Of a DNA stretch of 64,000 nt, positions 12,267-24,800 are shown in pieces (within the stretch, counting starts at the first letter, position 1; every line of letters starts with the position of its first letter). The stretch is taken from the NCBI RefSeq assembly GCF_002571385.2, contig NW_019217871.1, forward strand, positions 186,062-250,061, in the 5' to 3' direction. The position numbers and the translations under genes were made by a program. The notes beneath the pieces are model-generated. The model searched no databases. It was not told the DNA's origin and saw only the letters and a program-made list of their open reading frames with translations. Source of the DNA: Stylophora pistillata (lineage: Eukaryota).

Positions 12267-15200
12267 ATTTATTCGAATGAAGCGCATGGTAATGAAGTAA
12301 CAAAAAAAAATCGTTTTGAATTGCTCATGGAGAGAGTCAAGATGACAAAAGATCAGTTGCTGTTTTTATCCGCGGGTGGTCTGTTTCGCTCGCAACAGAT
12401 TCAGGTAAACATTGCCTTTTAAATGTAAAAATCGTAATATATCCCCAGTTCTCGTTTAAATACCGATGATAATATCCTTAGCACGCATCTGCTAGAGCAT
12501 CAACGATCTCGTTTGAATTATTTAATACCTCAAGCGCTAAAGAAGCCCTTTTAATTCTTTGTTTCTGGGCGATTTCTATGATTGTTGTAACAAAATTAAA
12601 TTCGTCTTTGTCAAGTGCAAATCCCGCGTGATTCAATCCCTTTGTGTTAATTTGTAGCTTTATTCTGGAACAGAAATGCTTCCTCGAAGTAGAATTTTAA
12701 CGTTGAACGTATCTTTCTGTTGTGTTTATTTTATTTAACACTATATTTTATCTGGGCCAATGAGTGTTTGAAACTTTGACATAAACGCCAATATTTTTCC
12801 GACGAACAAAAACATTACAGAATAGGGTTTTGTTTCCACGATTCACCAAACTTATGCAGGAGAAAAACGAAATGAAATGTCGAAACTAGTGGAGACTGTA
12901 TCAAACGATCGTGTATTGCAAAAAAAGATAAGTGTTTTTAATTGACTTTTTTAGCCGAAGTTTATCGCTTTCGTGGACTCTGTCGAATGCTAAACTCACC
13001 TGCTACCCCGTTATATTAATCAAAACAACCTATGCATCCTCTCAAAATGACGGTATTGTTTCCTTTCGTTGTGTGAGCTTTAGAATCGTGGATTCATGCT
13101 AAAATAAAAATTCATTTTGTGCCCAATGCTCGAGGTACTTATTTGACATATGTTCTCGAGTCGCCTTTAGAAGTCTGGGCATGTCAAAGGATTACCTGAC
13201 GTTTTCAGGCATTCAATGTAATGAAAAGAAAGGAAACATTTCCAACACTTTAAAACTTATCTAGGATATTAAGATTTCTTGGTGTTACACTGAAAGCGCG
13301 ATGAGTGTTGTTTTTACAGCTGAAAGTTAAAAGCTGAAAAATATTTGCAGCCCACAGTGTACTTACAATCCGGACTGAATTAATTTACAATGCTTTAGAA
13401 AGATATGAGTGAATATTCTCTATAATTCACCATGTGTGAGTCGACGACTTTTTCAGCACTAATCGATCATAAACAAGCTACGATCTTAAGAGTGTTCGAG
13501 AAGAAAAGTTTGCCCGCGATTTTCAAACCTGTCAGTGTGCAGATGGCGCCAGAAACGTATTTTATGACTCAGGGTAAATATTAAGACTGGTTATTCTTGA
13601 TATAGAATGATATGCAAATAGAGGCTATAGCAATAACTGGCTTATTTACTTCCTTGGAGAATTTTTACTTGACATAGATCCTTATCCTACATCGCTCTGT
13701 GATTGGTCCAAAAAAGTCGCCTACCAATGAGATGCAAAACTAAAACCAACCGCGGCTTGGCCGGGCGTATTTTCCCGCCCTTTTGGCAATTTTTACTTTG
13801 AGTTCTCAGTGGCTCCTTGCAGTATATCCTTTGCTCTGATTAGTTGGTGTAATTCCGTTGGATTTGGTTTTACGACACTGATTTCTGTCGACACAACTAA
13901 TCCAGCTAAATGGTTTGTACAGAAACTGTTTCCCCTGCTCTTTTAGAATTTCATCGCCCATAAATTTTGAACCACGTCAGTAGGCCAATACCGGCCAACA
14001 TGCATTACTAAATCTGGGTAAATGTTGTTTATTGTGAAATTTGAAATCTGTCAGTTTAGTGAACAGAAGTTGTCAACTGTAGTTAAGTCGGACCTGATGC
14101 TGGGAAAATTATATGTTTACACCAAGGATAATTATCACAGACCCGTAATTTGTTGCATAATTTAAAAGCTTTGACATAGTTTGAACGGAAGGGTACATGG
14201 TTTAGCTTCAAAGTGTTGAAGGAATTACAATATTCGTAACATCTTCTAGGTGCAACTGTAAGATTCGTAATAAACTTTGGTTGATTGAGGAATTAAAGCC
14301 TCTGACAGACTTGCTAAACTACCTGGATACAACAGAAAAATTTTAAAAAAATTCTATCATTTTTTTATTAGAGCTGTTTGTAAATAAGGCGGGAAAATAA
14401 TGCATGCTGATTGGCTGTCGGAATCATAAGCAAATCCACCAGCTTCCAATGAAGGAAAGATGATTCGGTAAAAGATTTTGTACCGAACTTATTTACCTTG
14501 CGGTTGATCAGACCGGACAAAAAATGGAAATATTGAGATTTTTTTCAGTCTTGTGGCATTCCGGCTCTTGAAATTTCTTTTTGAAGGGAAGTCTACAAGT
14601 TTGCATCGTTTAAGATGTTGATTTGACAATGTAATACAAAAAAGCTTTCTCATAGAACAGGTGAGCTTTATTTTAAGCATTAAAACCGAAAGATTGTTTT
14701 ATGTCGATTTCATTTGCACAGACCAAAGTAGAAACCTGTAGGCATTCAGTATATAGCCACCTTGTAAAAAACCAATCTCGTAAAATTTCTTTCCATTTCT
14801 CACTTGGTAATTTTAAATGTAGAAACATGCAATTTGCTCAGTTTGAATTTTTTCGACTTAAATTAAAATAATGAGTTCTATCTTTAGATTAAATCCGAAT
14901 CAAACTCAATCAAGGTTCGTGTGAAAACTGATATATTCCAAAGTTACTTATCTAAGAGTTCGGGGTGAACGAGGTGATTTCGCATTTCGTAAACTCATGT
15001 AACAATATCGACCGGGCCTTCTTAACAACAGTTTTTAGCTTCCTGAAATGATAGAAATGCAATGTTTTGTTGTGTGTTTTTGATTGAGTTCCTTCGTACG
15101 ATTTCTCTCAGGCTGCGATAAAAGGTTCATCTTTTATCGTATGCGAACGTTTTCAGAATGTGCATATTATGATTAAAATCAACAGGAAGTTTTCATGTAA

Positions 15201-15833
15201 ATCTTATCAACAGCATATTGTAAATAAACTCGAGCTAATGGACTTAAAGATTATTTTAAAAAATAGGTCAATTAATTATTTTAATTTTCTCCAACTAAAG
15301 TTTTAGAAGAAGAATTTTCATGCGTTACAAGGAAATATCAGTATCGAACAATTTTAAAAGCTGTATTAGAGAACAACCAGGTCGATTATGCAAACATACC
15401 CCAAAAACATGAAAATTCTACTACAAGAAGTATTTAAACAGTTTGCACTACTTAGACAAGATATTCGTTTTATTTACGCGACAGAATAATATTTGTAATA
15501 CTGAAGTTCTTTTTTTTCTTTGCAAAGTCTTCCAATTTTTTTCTTTTTATTCAAGATATTCATGGCTTGTAAACAATACCCCTTGCGGAGAAAATCCAAG
15601 ACGCTGCCGGTTTTTTATGACAATTCAAAACATGCGGTTTCCTTTCGGAATAATTAGAGGGTTATCTTTCAGGTCTGAAACCGCAAACTTAACGACGAAT
15701 TAAAACATGAATAATTTCCGACACCTATCGGTTACAATGCTAAAATAAAATAGTTGAGATTTTCTGCAGTTGATAAGGCTTAACTGTTTTATTTAACAGA
15801 GCCATCCCGAGCGAAGAGAGATCTCGTTTCATA
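12267..15833 (+). other. Candidate 5' UTR exons/introns of giant coiled-coil gene 1
   Basis: Acceptor TTTACTTTGCAG|12267 and donor CAG|GTAAAC after 12404. Alternative donor CAG|GTGAGC after 14660, downstream of a reverse CCAAT at ~14410. Acceptor TTTTATTTAACAG|15800 lies just upstream of ATG 15834. Confidence 0.4.
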
Positions 15834-18800
15834 ATGGAAAACAGAAGAGGTAAAGAGAACTTCTTGTTAGAAATTGAAAATCTGGAGCTTAAAGCAGCTA
15901 TAGAAGGAAAGGAGAGCATTATTCGCCAACTACAAGACGAAGTAAAAATTGTGCGGGAATCAAAAGAGACACGAATGGTGACCACTGAGCGAGTTTACCG
16001 TGAAAATGAGGTTCAAGAACTTCACAGCGCGGTACAGAGTAAGGAAATCGCTGTTAAACAACTTCGGGAAGAATTGACGGACGCTCATCATAACATCGAA
16101 CAGGTGTATCAACAATACGCACGCGCGAGAGGGGAACTAGAAGCGAAGGACGCCACGATCAGCAGGTTGCATCAAGAAAATGACAGATTGCAAGAAACAC
16201 TGGAGACAACCCAAAATGAACGTCTGCAAACGCTGGATAAACTCAGCGGAGTGCAAGCGGAACTCTCCGCGCTGCGAGTGGATAAAAATTGGTTAGAAAG
16301 TCAGTTAAAGTTTCAGCAACAAACTTCATCGTCGAAAACTTCACGAAGTTCTGTTGGCGGAACGACAACTTTCAAGGGTAGGGAAGAATTAGTCTTTACA
16401 ATGGAGAGTGTTTCGAAAGACCGACAGACTTTACAAGAGTTAATCAATACGGCTTCGCATTATGAGGAAATTATACGTAGCCTGGATAGTGGCAGACGAA
16501 CTGAGGGAGTTAGCCCACGTGAATCGTATCGATTTTCTTCCTCCGCTTCTTTAAGCCCACGACGAGGCGAAGGTTCGAACATTGACGAGAATTATGTGAT
16601 GGAGCTCGGCAGCAAAATGTCTGAAGTTGAAGAACGGTTACAAAAAGCTGTCGTATCGCAAAAGTACCAGCTGCAGGCTGACAGGGAACAATTAATTCAA
16701 GAATTTAAGAATATGCAAACCCAGCTTTTGCAACATCAAAGACACCATGAAATGCAAAAGAGTGAAATTTCATCGAAGGAGACGCTTGTACAGAGGCTTA
16801 AAGCTGCAAAAGCCACTTTAGAGACCGAGGTGGAAACACTCAAAAGCGATCTGGCAGCTTGCCGAGCAGAGAGCGACAAGTATTTACAAGAACAGAGAAA
16901 ATTTCGGCAAGATTTGACATCTTCGAGAAGTAAAATCTCCAAACTTGAAGCAGAGTTGGAGAACGAGAGACGGGAAAGAGAGATGGAAAAGCAAAGATCT
17001 CAAGAATTGAGCTCACACAGTCATACAGAGAGAGAAGAGTTATCCAAACTAAAAGTTCAGTTTCGAGAGCAGTACCTGCTGAACGAGAACCACATGAGAG
17101 AGATCGCTGCCAAAGATAATCTGGTCCGGCAGCTGCGAGAGAAACTGGAAGCTAGCGCGGTTGAGTTCGATAAGTTGAAGTCAACGCGCACTGCTACACA
17201 AGTTTCACAAACGGAAGTTGGACGAGACAGGGAAATTTTGCAAGAGAAACTTCTCGCCACGGAACGAAGGTTTGCCGAGTTGGAAATTTCCTACGAAGAT
17301 TGCCGACAAAAGAACGAGAGATTACATCGTGAAATGCAGGAATACAAACAGAAGCATTTCAGAGTCGATATTGTGGATGATTCACTTGAACAAAAGAAAT
17401 TGGACCTTGAAAATGAACTTGTAATTGCGCGCAAGAAGTTGTCGAAGCTCGAAAATGCATATGAAAGTTGTCAAAAGGAGAAGCTACAGCTTCAGCAAGA
17501 GTTAATACCGGCAAATACTAAAATGACACAGCTGAAAAACTCCTTTGAGAACTGTCAACAACAGAAGGCCCAATTACAACAGGAAGTCCTTTCCTCGCAT
17601 AAGCGGCTTGGCGAGTTTGAAGCTAAAACGGAGCGATATAAACAGGAGAAGGTGGAAATTCAGCGCGATGTGAAAGCTTTAGAAAACCGATTCAACAAAG
17701 TTGAGCAGCAACTTCAACGGACTCAGAGCGAAAAGCAAAGCCTGGTGGAGAAATTAGAAGAAGCCAATAGACGGCTGGTGAATGTTTCGGATGATGGTAA
17801 GAAAAGGGTTAACCAGTGGTACGACCAGCAGAAGAAGTTTGATGATCTTAGTACAGAAGTGCAGAAGAAAGACAAGACAATGCACCAGCTTAGAGACGAA
17901 AAGGAACTACTGGAAGCTGAAATTCAGAGATTCAAGCAAGATTTTGAGACGTTGAATAAGGAGCTCGCAGCCTGTCAGCGGGAAAAAGGGAACTTGCAGA
18001 ATGATTTGGCGATAGAAAGACAGCGAAACGCCGAGTTCGAGAAAGATTGCGAACGTCTTAAACAAGAACGAGAGAAGCTTCAACACGAGTTGAATTCTAT
18101 GAAAGAAAACAACGCACAGTGGAAAGATATGTGTGAAAAGATTCAAAACGACAAGGAAAGATTACAAGAGGAAGTGTTGGCGGCTCAAAGGAACATTTCG
18201 AGGTACGAGTCGAGCCGTGATAGCGAGAAACGAACCTCACAACAGGACACCATGGTATTGAAGACCAAGATAAGCGGACTTGAAAGTGAAATTCAGGAGC
18301 TGAGAAGGAATGAAGAAAGCTTTAAAACTAAGACAATGGAGCTTCAGAGGTGTAAAGTAGAATTTAGCAAATTAGAGAGAGAGCTTGAAGACGGCGCGAG
18401 GAAGTTCGAGCGCGTCACCAGAGAGAGTGAAACGAAGGAGAGTCTTGTGCAGCAGTTGAAAAGGGAGAACACTGCGCTTAAAAAAGAGCTGGACTCAGTG
18501 CTTGAAGAATCTGGTGATCATTCCACAAGTTATGTTCCCGACACAAAAAGTTTTGAAGTTGAGTTGGAATTACTTCAAAATCAACTCGCGGACACAAATG
18601 CGCATGCGAGAGAGCTCGAGGAGGACTGTGATTCGTGGAGACAAAAAAACCTGCAGCTCCAAAAAGAGATAGTTTCCCTCGATGCGAAGAACTCCGAGTT
18701 GGAAAGAGCATGCGGAAGATTACAAGAACAAGAAAGAAGACTACATCATGAGCTTGAAGGTTGTAGAGGTACTATTAACAAGCTTGAAAAAGAGATAGTG

Positions 18801-21800
18801 TTTCATCAGGAAAATAAGAGCAAAATAGAGAGCGCTTTTGAGAATTCAGAACTGAGAAAAGACGAGTTGTCAAGAGAAATAATCGAGGCACGAAAGAAGC
18901 TCTCGGAGCTTGAAAAGCTCTACGATGCTTCAAAGAATGAGGGTGAATCAACCAGAGAAAAGGATCGGGCAAAGATTGCAAAGCTTGAGACCCAAGTAGA
19001 AAATATGTCAAAGCAAAAACAGCAAATGCAGCAATTACTAGAGGAGACCAGAGATGCAGCTCGAAGATACCAAGATGAACTGCACAAGGCACAGACTAGA
19101 CTGCAAGAGTTGAAGAGGGACTCTGAAGTATACCACAAGGATATTCACTCTAAGGAAACACAAAACAAAAAGATTCGAGTGGAAAAAGAAACTATTGAGA
19201 GGGAACTTGAGAGCGTCCAGGTTCAACTGGTCAACACTACCTCTAGTGTGGAGGCGTTTGATATGGAGAGATACGAAATAATGCAAGAGATGCGCTTGGC
19301 CAAAGACAAGGTCCAGGAGTGGGAAAATGCATACAAGATGCTGCAACAAGAACACGAGAGTCTAGAGAAGGAACTAAGGAATGCTCAGAAGATGGTGAAT
19401 GAGGTGGAAAACGAGTTCAATAAAAGCCAAAAAGATCGACAAAATGAAATCCGTACCAATCATTTGAAGGTCAGCAAGTTTGAGTCACAAGTGCAGGTGG
19501 TTCTGAAACAACGAGACTCTCTGAAGGAACAGCTCGAGGAAGTTCGCGACGAGTTGAAGAAAACCAAAGACGATTACACACATCTGCAGAAAGAATTCAT
19601 CCAGCATCAGCAGAGATGTGATGCGTATCGAAAGGAGCTCTTAGCAAAGAGTCATCAGATTGATAAGGTAGAAGGCGAGAAAAACTATTTGATGAAGAAG
19701 ATGGAACAGATGAAACTTGAACTGGGACATAACGAAGTGACAGGCCAGGCTGTGAAGCAAAAGAGAAACATATTAGAAGACGATCTGCAGTCAGCTTGAG
19801 ATAGGATAACAGAGCTTGAAAATAATTTGGGCTCACTTCGATCAGAGAATGATGAGATTCAGAAAGACCTTTACCGTGTGACCAACAAGCTGACGACTGT
19901 AGAGGACTCTTACGCCAGGGCTCAAGAAAAAGTGAAGGATCTTGAGATACAGTTGGATGCTGCTCGTAAGGTCATTAGCGATCTAGAAGAAGAGCTATCT
20001 ATTATCAAGCACAAAGCTTCCCAGCTTGAAGCAGATCACGGGTACAAATTTGGCCAAATCGACGATCTGGAGGAAAAACTAGATGCAGCTCACAGGAGTT
20101 TGTCTGAGATCGAGTCAGCGTATGAATTCAGCGAGCGTGAGAAAGAAGATCTTAAACAACAACTTACACACGCAGAGAGGAAAGTATCAGAGATGAGGCA
20201 GACAATTCAGAGAAATGAAGAAGAAAATGATGATTTGGAAAGACAACTGGATAGCACTCGACATCGAACAACGAAGCTCGAAGGTCAACTAAATCAGGCC
20301 CAGAGGCAGAAGACGCAGTACAAAGAACAGTTAGAGGACGTTAGGGCAAAGCTGTTGAAATGCAAGGATGAACTAGGAACGATACAAAGTCACCTTTACG
20401 ACTGTCAACGAAGTTTAGATGCATTACGGAAAGATGCTTCCGGAAAGGACAACACCATAACAGAATTACGAGGAAAGTGCTTTTCGCTTGAGATGACGCT
20501 TGGACAGACGAGTGAGACGCTAGAAAAATATCAAACAGAGAACGATTTACTTCTACAAAACAAGCAAGATCTCCAAGTAGAACTTCTGCAAAACCAAGAA
20601 AAGTTCCAAGAACTTGAATGCATGTACAAGCTGTGTGAACACGAAAAGCAAAGACTAGAGGAAGAAATTCACTCGTTTTACAAAAGACTCGCTGAACTTC
20701 AAGGATCCTATCAAACGTGTGAACACGACAAAATGGACTCACAACGTCAAGTCATGGTTCTGGAGCAGAAAGTGAACAAGCTAGAGGCTGCTTTAGAACA
20801 GACTCAAAGGGAGAAAGCTTCCCTAGAATATCACTCCGGAGATTTAAATGTGTCAAACAAGAAGGCCGTCGAAGAATTGTCTGTTGTCAAAGTCCGATTG
20901 GAGGAAAATCAGAAATCAGTTAGCGAGTATTCAAACCAATTGTTCGAGAAGGAAAGAGTTGTCGAGGATTGCAAAGTGAAGATAACTACACTAATATCTG
21001 AAAATGAATACTTAAACTTGGAATTGACAAAGAAGAAGGAGCAAGTATGGCAGCTAGAAAATGATCGACGAAAGCTACAAGAGAAGTGGAGAGAAACCAG
21101 TGATGAAGTTATCAGGATGAAGCCATTGTGGGAGACTGCACAGCGTAAAAAAGATCAACTTGAATCAGAACTGCAAGCAAACCGAAAGAAGGTTGCAATG
21201 TTGGAATCTGACTTAAAGAAAAACGAGGAGAGGGGGAATCAGACTGAAAAAGAACTGACTATATGCAAGAGTAAATTATCAGACCTCGAAACAGAGTTAA
21301 ACTCTATGCGAAAAAAGGTTTCCGCGATGGAGTCGCATTACGAAGAGGCAAGAAAAGAACTGGAAGAGGTGCGAGAAGAGCTAAGAGCGGCGCAAGAGAA
21401 GAACACGAGTTATTCTATTCAGCTTGATACAGTTCAAGGCGAGGAGTTAGATCTCCGGCAACAAGTTGCGGCTCTGGAGAAGAATATAGAAGAACACGAC
21501 GAAGAAATCTCAAGTCTTCGTCAGAAGAAGGAGGCTTCAGAAGAGGAGGTTTTTGCACTACGGAACAGAGTGACACAACTGGAATCAACGATTCGTGCAC
21601 TGGAGTCACAGAAGCAGAACTTGAAAGAGCAACTCACCGATTCGAGGGACAAAACCGTGGAACTTAAAGAAGAAAATGTTAAGGTTGCAAGCCAGTTGAG
21701 AGAGCAACAAGGCTTGGCGCTGTCCTTGAAAAAGGCTCTTGCAAAGAAAGAGAAAACTATCGAGGAATTGAACGGAAGAATCTCTGGACTTGTAACAGAG

Positions 21801-24800
21801 CTGGAAACACTCCGTCAAGAAGGAATGACGATAAAAGTATCCTGCGAGACTCTTCAAGGGGCACAAGAGGACCTTAGTGTAAAACTGATGGAATACGAAA
21901 GCAAAGATGAAAAGACTCAGAGCGAAATGAAAGAGCTTCGTGATTTACGGGAAGAGCTAGAGCGGGAATTGAACGTTGCTGTACAAAAGAGCTTAGAACA
22001 GTAAAGCCAGTTGAAGAGTTTGCTGCGTGAGAATGAGAGAATGAAATCGAATCTTGACGAAACTGTCAGGAAGCTTGCCAAACAGTCTGAAGATGGTTCT
22101 AGAGCGCAGAAGGATGTACAAGAATGTCAGATAGTCATCGAACTATTAACAGCTGAAAACAAAGCCATGGACTCTCAAATCGAGGAGCTAAGAGCTGTGA
22201 AAGTGGCTTTGGAAAGCGAATTGGCAAACATTCGCTTGGAATGTGAAGAAGATAAATCAAAGAACGAAACCAACGAGAAGAACATCAGAGAGGCTGATGA
22301 TGAACTCAAGCAGTGCAAAAATGAAATTTCACGACTAGAGGACTGGATATCTGACTTAGAGAAGGAGAGGAATACCTTACAAAAAGACTTGCAGATCTCT
22401 AATTCTAGATGTCTGGACTTCGAAGGTTTGATTGTGAAGTCTTCTCAGGTCGAAAGCGACCTGAGACACGAATTACAAAGCTACAATAATAAGATAATTG
22501 CTTTGGAATCGGAATGCAAGATGTCAAAGAATCAAAGAAATGAAAATAATCGTGAGAACGAATTGCTGGGAAAAAAGTATCGAGATCTTGATGAAGTCTT
22601 CAAGAAAAGCGATCGAGAAAGAAAAGAAGTGAGACAAGAGTTGATTAAAACACAAAGCAAATTGCAAGACCTGGAATACAAGTACGAGTATGAGTGCAGT
22701 GAACGAGGCTCACTGGTAAAGCAGCTGGAAGATACAAATGGTCATCTATCTGCAGCTCTCGACAAAACTCTCAATCTGGAGCAGAAAGTCGCAGAACAGA
22801 CAATTCTTTTAGATGTGGCCAACAAGGAAGTCGATGAGAAGGACGAGGTTATTCGTCAGCTGAAGGGCAGCAAGACGTTTTTGGAAGGGCAGAGAGATAG
22901 CTTAAAGCAAACTGTGGCGTCTGGAAAGGAAGAATCTGAACGTCTACAACAAGAGATTACTCGTTTCCAACGCGAAAGCCTTCAGCTACATAAGAGGACC
23001 GCTGAACTGGAATCAAATCTTTCAAAAGTAGTCGCAGAAAAAGAACGAGCTCGAGACGAAGCAAATAGATTCAAAGACGATTTATTTTCTCTTAAGAGTC
23101 AACTGGATGAGTCACAAGGGGAGAAAGAAGATCTTGAGCACCAACTCGAGGAGTACAAACAAAGCGCTTTTAACTACAAGAATGACGTGTTGACATTACA
23201 GAGGCAAGTTACGGAGCTAACTGGTCAGCGTGACGTGCTTAAGGAGACATTGGACGCAAAGGAAGGATCCATGGGGCAGTTACGAGAGTCTAAGAGAATG
23301 TATGAAGAAGAAATTGAACGATCGCAGAATGTTCTAAGGGAAAAGGAAAAGGAGAACGATTTGTTGACGACGAAGAAGAAGGAGTTGGAATCTAGTCTGA
23401 GCTCTGTGGTGCAACAGTTAGCAGAAGCAGAAAGCACAATGAAGGTAAACCAAGAAACTATCCAAAGATTAGAAGAAAAAGTGGATTCTCTGAGAGGTAA
23501 ACTGGAAGATGGGGAAAGAAAGATGACAGAACTGAAAGAGAAGGAAAATGAAGTTCAGCGAAATAATATTGTTTTGAAGTCACAGATATCAAGTTTAGAA
23601 TCTAGTTACCAGGCCTGTCAAGAGGATCGTAGCGACCTGGAGGGAGAAATCCAGTCTCTTCGGGATGAACTGGAGACAACACGAAAATCACATGACGAAG
23701 ATCATGAAGAACTCGACAAATTACGATCCGAAGCTCAGACGAGTAGAAATAAAGTGTTTACTTTGGAAACACAAATACAACGAATTGAAAGAATCAATGA
23801 CAGTCTGGAACAGCAGGTTGATACGTTCGCACCAGTGGGTAGTGACACTAACAGTGAGCTGATACGTCTCCAAAGAAGAGTCCAAGAACAAAACATTCTT
23901 CTCGAGTCTCGCAAAAGAGACTGTGCAAGCAAGGAGAAAACTATCGAAATGTTCAAGGCGGAAAACACGACCCTGAAAGTGGATGTCAAGAGTCTACAAG
24001 AGGAAAATACCGGTATCAGGACAAGTATGGAAATGCTTCAACATAGAAAGGATGCTGCGGATAAGGAACTATTCGATGCTTTGAAGAAAGGTTCAGAGTA
24101 CGAGCTTCGCCTTGACACAGCACAGGAAGAGAATGATGAGTTGAACAGAGAGCTGGTGGAAAGGCAAGAGAAAGTCTCCAGTGTGCAGGAAGAATTGTAC
24201 CGAGCTCTTAAAGATCTGGCGAACGTAAGACATGAACTGGAAGATGCGCAAACTCGAGCCACGAAAAGTAAGGATGTAGTCGGTGATTTGCAGCAGCGCC
24301 TTGAAGAGAAAGAAGCAGGTTTTGAGACGTACAAAAGCACTTCCGAGGAGAAGGATAACAAGATTGATTCGTTAAAATTGGAGGTCAACACACTAGAACA
24401 AGAGCTAAAATCCTTGACAGAGGAATTGTCTAACGAGAAAGGAAAACACCAGCATACTCAAGAGAAAATAGCTAAATTGCAGACCGAGTTAGAAGCTCAA
24501 GAAGCAACTGCGGCCAACTTGGAGGACACTGCTGCGCGTCTTCGAAAGGAAAAAGATGACTTGAGGAAGGAGACTTTATCGAATCAAGCTCTTGTTGCTG
24601 ATCTTACGGAGCGACACCAAGCCTTACAGAGAGAACATGAGGGCCAAGAACACGATATTATGTCACTGCAGCAAAAGCTGACTTATATAGAAGTAAGATA
24701 CAAGAGCATATCTGAAGATAAAGACAAACTCAAGGAAGAGTACTATGCGCTCAAACGAGATACATCTGAGATGAAAATTGCACTGGATGGTGCTCAGCGA

